Assembly: GCA_029974275.1 (NCBI GenBank)
Contig: JARKSN010000259.1
Location: 1-27,682, forward strand
Direction: 5' to 3'
Source: Candidatus Hydrogenedentota bacterium
GTDB lineage: Bacteria > Hydrogenedentota > Hydrogenedentia > Hydrogenedentales > SLHB01
DNA: 27,682 bases
How positions within the stretch are numbered: position 1 is the first letter of the stretch; every line of letters begins with the position of its first letter. Below the pieces are notes generated by a model that saw only the letters and a program-made list of their open reading frames with translations, was not told the origin of the DNA and did no database searches. The translations under genes and the position numbers were made by a program. Shown here piece by piece: positions 25,826 through 27,682 of this stretch.

Positions 25826-26827
25826 CTACGGCGCGGGAAACACAGCGTCAATGCGCGCCAACTCTTCCTCCGAAAACGATATGTTTGCAAGAGCTCCGAC
25901 GCAGTCGATGATTTGTTGCGGCGTTCGCGCGCCAATGAGGGCGCTGGTGACGCGCGGGTCGCGCAAGGTCCAGGCAATGGCGAGTTGCGCCATGGTCTGG
26001 CCGCGTTCCGCCGCCAACTTCGCGATCGCGCGGACTTTGTCTACGGCTTCCGGCGTGACGGCTTTTTCCTGGAGGAAGCCGTCCGGATCCGCCGCGCGCG
26101 ATTCCTTGGGAATCGGGTTGGCGGGATCGAGGTACTTCGAAGTCAGCAGTCCTTGCGCCAAGGGAGAGAACACAATCGTGCCAACGCCGTAACGTTCTGC
26201 ATGCTCGAGGATTTCCTTCTCGGCCCGGCGAAGGAACAGGTTGTACACGGGTTGATTGATGACGATGGGGCTCCAGCCGCGCCGTTGCACGGTTTCGATC
26301 GCTTGGACGAACACCGGCCCGAAATAGCTGCTGATGCCTGCATACAGCGCCTTGCCTTGCCGCACGACCTGGTCCAGCGCGCCCAATGTTTCCTCGAGCG
26401 GCGTGTGGGGGTCGTGCCGATGCGAGTAAAATATGTCCACGTACTCCAACCCCAGCCGCGCGAGGCTCTGATCGAGGCTGGCAACGAGGTATTTCCGGCT
26501 GCCCCATTCGCCGTACGGGCCTGGCCACATGCGATAGCCTGCCTTGGTCGAAATGATGAGTTCGTCACGGTGGGACGCAAAATCGCTCTTGAGGATGCGG
26601 CCGGTCCGTTCCTCTGCGCTGCCCGGCTCCGGCCCGTAATTGTTGGCCAGATCGAAATGGTTGATGCCCAAATCGAAGGCCGTCCGCATCATGTCGCGGC
26701 AGACGGCATGATCCGCGCGCGTGCCGAAATTGTGCCACATCCCCAGCGAAACGGCCGGCAGCAGCAACCCGCTTCGCCCCGATCGCCGATAGGTCATGTG
26801 TGCATACCGATCCGTGCGGAAGGCCAT
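25826..26827 (-). CDS. yghZ: Aldo/keto reductase, YghZ/Gpr (L-glyceraldehyde-3-phosphate reductase) type
   Basis: YRRSGRSGLLLPAVSLGMWHNFG, FDLANNYGP, STKAGY..WPGPYG..GSRKYL, YSHR and SPLAQGLLT motifs. Confidence 0.92.
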   Translation of the reverse strand: MAFRTDRYAHMTYRRSGRSGLLLPAVSLGMWHNFGTRADHAVCRDMMRTAFDLGINHFDLANNYGPEPGSAEERTGRILKSDFASHRDELIISTKAGYRMWPGPYGEWGSRKYLVASLDQSLARLGLEYVDIFYSHRHDPHTPLEETLGALDQVVRQGKALYAGISSYFGPVFVQAIETVQRRGWSPIVINQPVYNLFLRRAEKEILEHAERYGVGTIVFSPLAQGLLTSKYLDPANPIPKESRAADPDGFLQEKAVTPEAVDKVRAIAKLAAERGQTMAQLAIAWTLRDPRVTSALIGARTPQQIIDCVGALANISFSEEELARIDAVFPAP

Positions 26828-26854
26828 GATCGCCCCTTTCGTGGAGAACGGCGT

Positions 26855-27283
26855 CTATTTGAGGCGCTTCACCGTCTGGCCGTTGAAAAGCAGGCCTTTG
26901 CCCTGAATTTGCATCACCGGCTTCATGGCCCCAAAGGCCTGCGCCGTCAAGGTGACCTTGTCGCCTTCGACCTGATAGGTTCCGGTTCCGATGACCTTGT
27001 CGCCCTGTTTGCCGATGAGTTCGCCGTTGGGCCCAAAAGCGAGCACATATGCGCCCAGATCATGTTCCGTTCCCGCGAGCGTTTCGGCGGTCAGCGGGGG
27101 GAACGCCTCGTTCGAGACGGGTGCGGCCGGGGGGGCGGCCTGCGACGCCTTTTCCTCGGATCTTTTCGCCGCCGCCTGGGAAGGCGTCTGGGGTTTTTCG
27201 GCAGTGACTTGTTTATAGATGATGCCGCCGACAATCACGATGACCGCCACAAGCAAGAGGACCTTTATCAACTTCTGGTTCAT
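26855..27283 (-). CDS. Hypothetical membrane-anchored or exported protein
   Basis: ATG at 27283 after AAAGGGAAG; N-terminal TM, Ala/Pro linker, beta-rich domain with GTYQVEGDKVTL. Confidence 0.8.
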   Translation of the reverse strand: MNQKLIKVLLLVAVIVIVGGIIYKQVTAEKPQTPSQAAAKRSEEKASQAAPPAAPVSNEAFPPLTAETLAGTEHDLGAYVLAFGPNGELIGKQGDKVIGTGTYQVEGDKVTLTAQAFGAMKPVMQIQGKGLLFNGQTVKRLK

Positions 27284-27394
27284 GTGTCTTCCCTTTTTCC
27301 CGCACACCTGCTGATTGCGGAGTTGCCGGCTAGGGCGTTTGGAGGCCGCCCTGCCGCTTGGCTGCTCACCGCCCATTTCCGGCGGCAAGCTCAC

Positions 27395-27423
27395 AGCATA
27401 CACGCGCCGTGCCTCGCCGTCAA
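27395..27423 (-). promoter_or_regulatory. sigma70 promoter of the 27283 gene
   Basis: TTGACG (27418-27423)-17 bp-TATGCT (27395-27400). Confidence 0.72.
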
Positions 27424-27433
27424 TTCCCCGGCG

Positions 27434-27682
27434 CAGGGCAATCGCATTACATGGCCGAGGGAAATGGTGCGTGGGAATGGCCATCGTTAATGTCTTTGTA
27501 GCGCCCGGTCTCCGTGCCGGGCGGTTTTACGGCACGCGACGAGACGAATCCACACAGCCCCGGATCGTTGCGCCCAGACCCGCCCGGCACGGAGACCGGG
27601 CGCTACAAAAACGAAAATCGTGCGCCAAACGGTAAAATCGTGACGTATATGGAGCCAAAAAGTCCTAATGACTCAGAATTGT
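27434..27682. mobile_element. MITE copy 2 (right end cut by the window edge)
   Basis: Colinear with 10872-11119, with roughly 15 differences by eye. Identity begins at the CAGGGC end. Perfect 30-bp inverted REP arms at 27495-27524 and 27580-27609. Confidence 0.9.

Noticed and set aside
25040..27490. 816-aa plus-strand ORF, and similar long ORFs at 93-863, 1400-2650, 9525-10793, 12956-14509, 17430-18635, 20233-21573 and 23262-24533
   Set aside because: Antisense shadows of well-supported genes in high-GC DNA, with no recognisable motifs.
1..27682. CRISPR arrays, tRNA/rRNA genes, autonomous transposases, prophage or defence genes
   Set aside because: No regularly spaced repeat-spacer array, cloverleaf, rRNA-like segment or matching protein motif was seen.

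Overview
GC-rich bacterial chromosomal window of mostly metabolic and envelope genes. It holds a partial Gfo/Idh/MocA oxidoreductase, PPi-type phosphofructokinase, a secreted MsrB-MsrA fusion, PadR plus a membrane partner, LarE, an HDOD protein, a REC-PAS-GGDEF protein, galactokinase, a LysM lytic transglycosylase, a degenerate sulfatase-like membrane protein, a minus-strand run (UxuB-like SDR, HAD, membrane protein, PdxB, LarA homolog), a 7Fe ferredoxin, a YghZ-type aldo-keto reductase and several exported hypothetical proteins. The most striking signal is non-coding. A 263-bp non-autonomous element (10872-11134) has ISAs1-like terminal inverted repeats and a perfect 10-bp target-site duplication, and carries an inverted pair of GTAG-type REP hairpins. 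A second copy starts at 27434 and runs off the window. Both copies lie in the same orientation 10-13 bp upstream of a sigma70 -35 box, and a lone related end sits at about 3674. Further REP clusters and a CACAGAG-type short-repeat tract occur in intergenic regions. All functional calls come from motif recognition by eye; no database searches were run.
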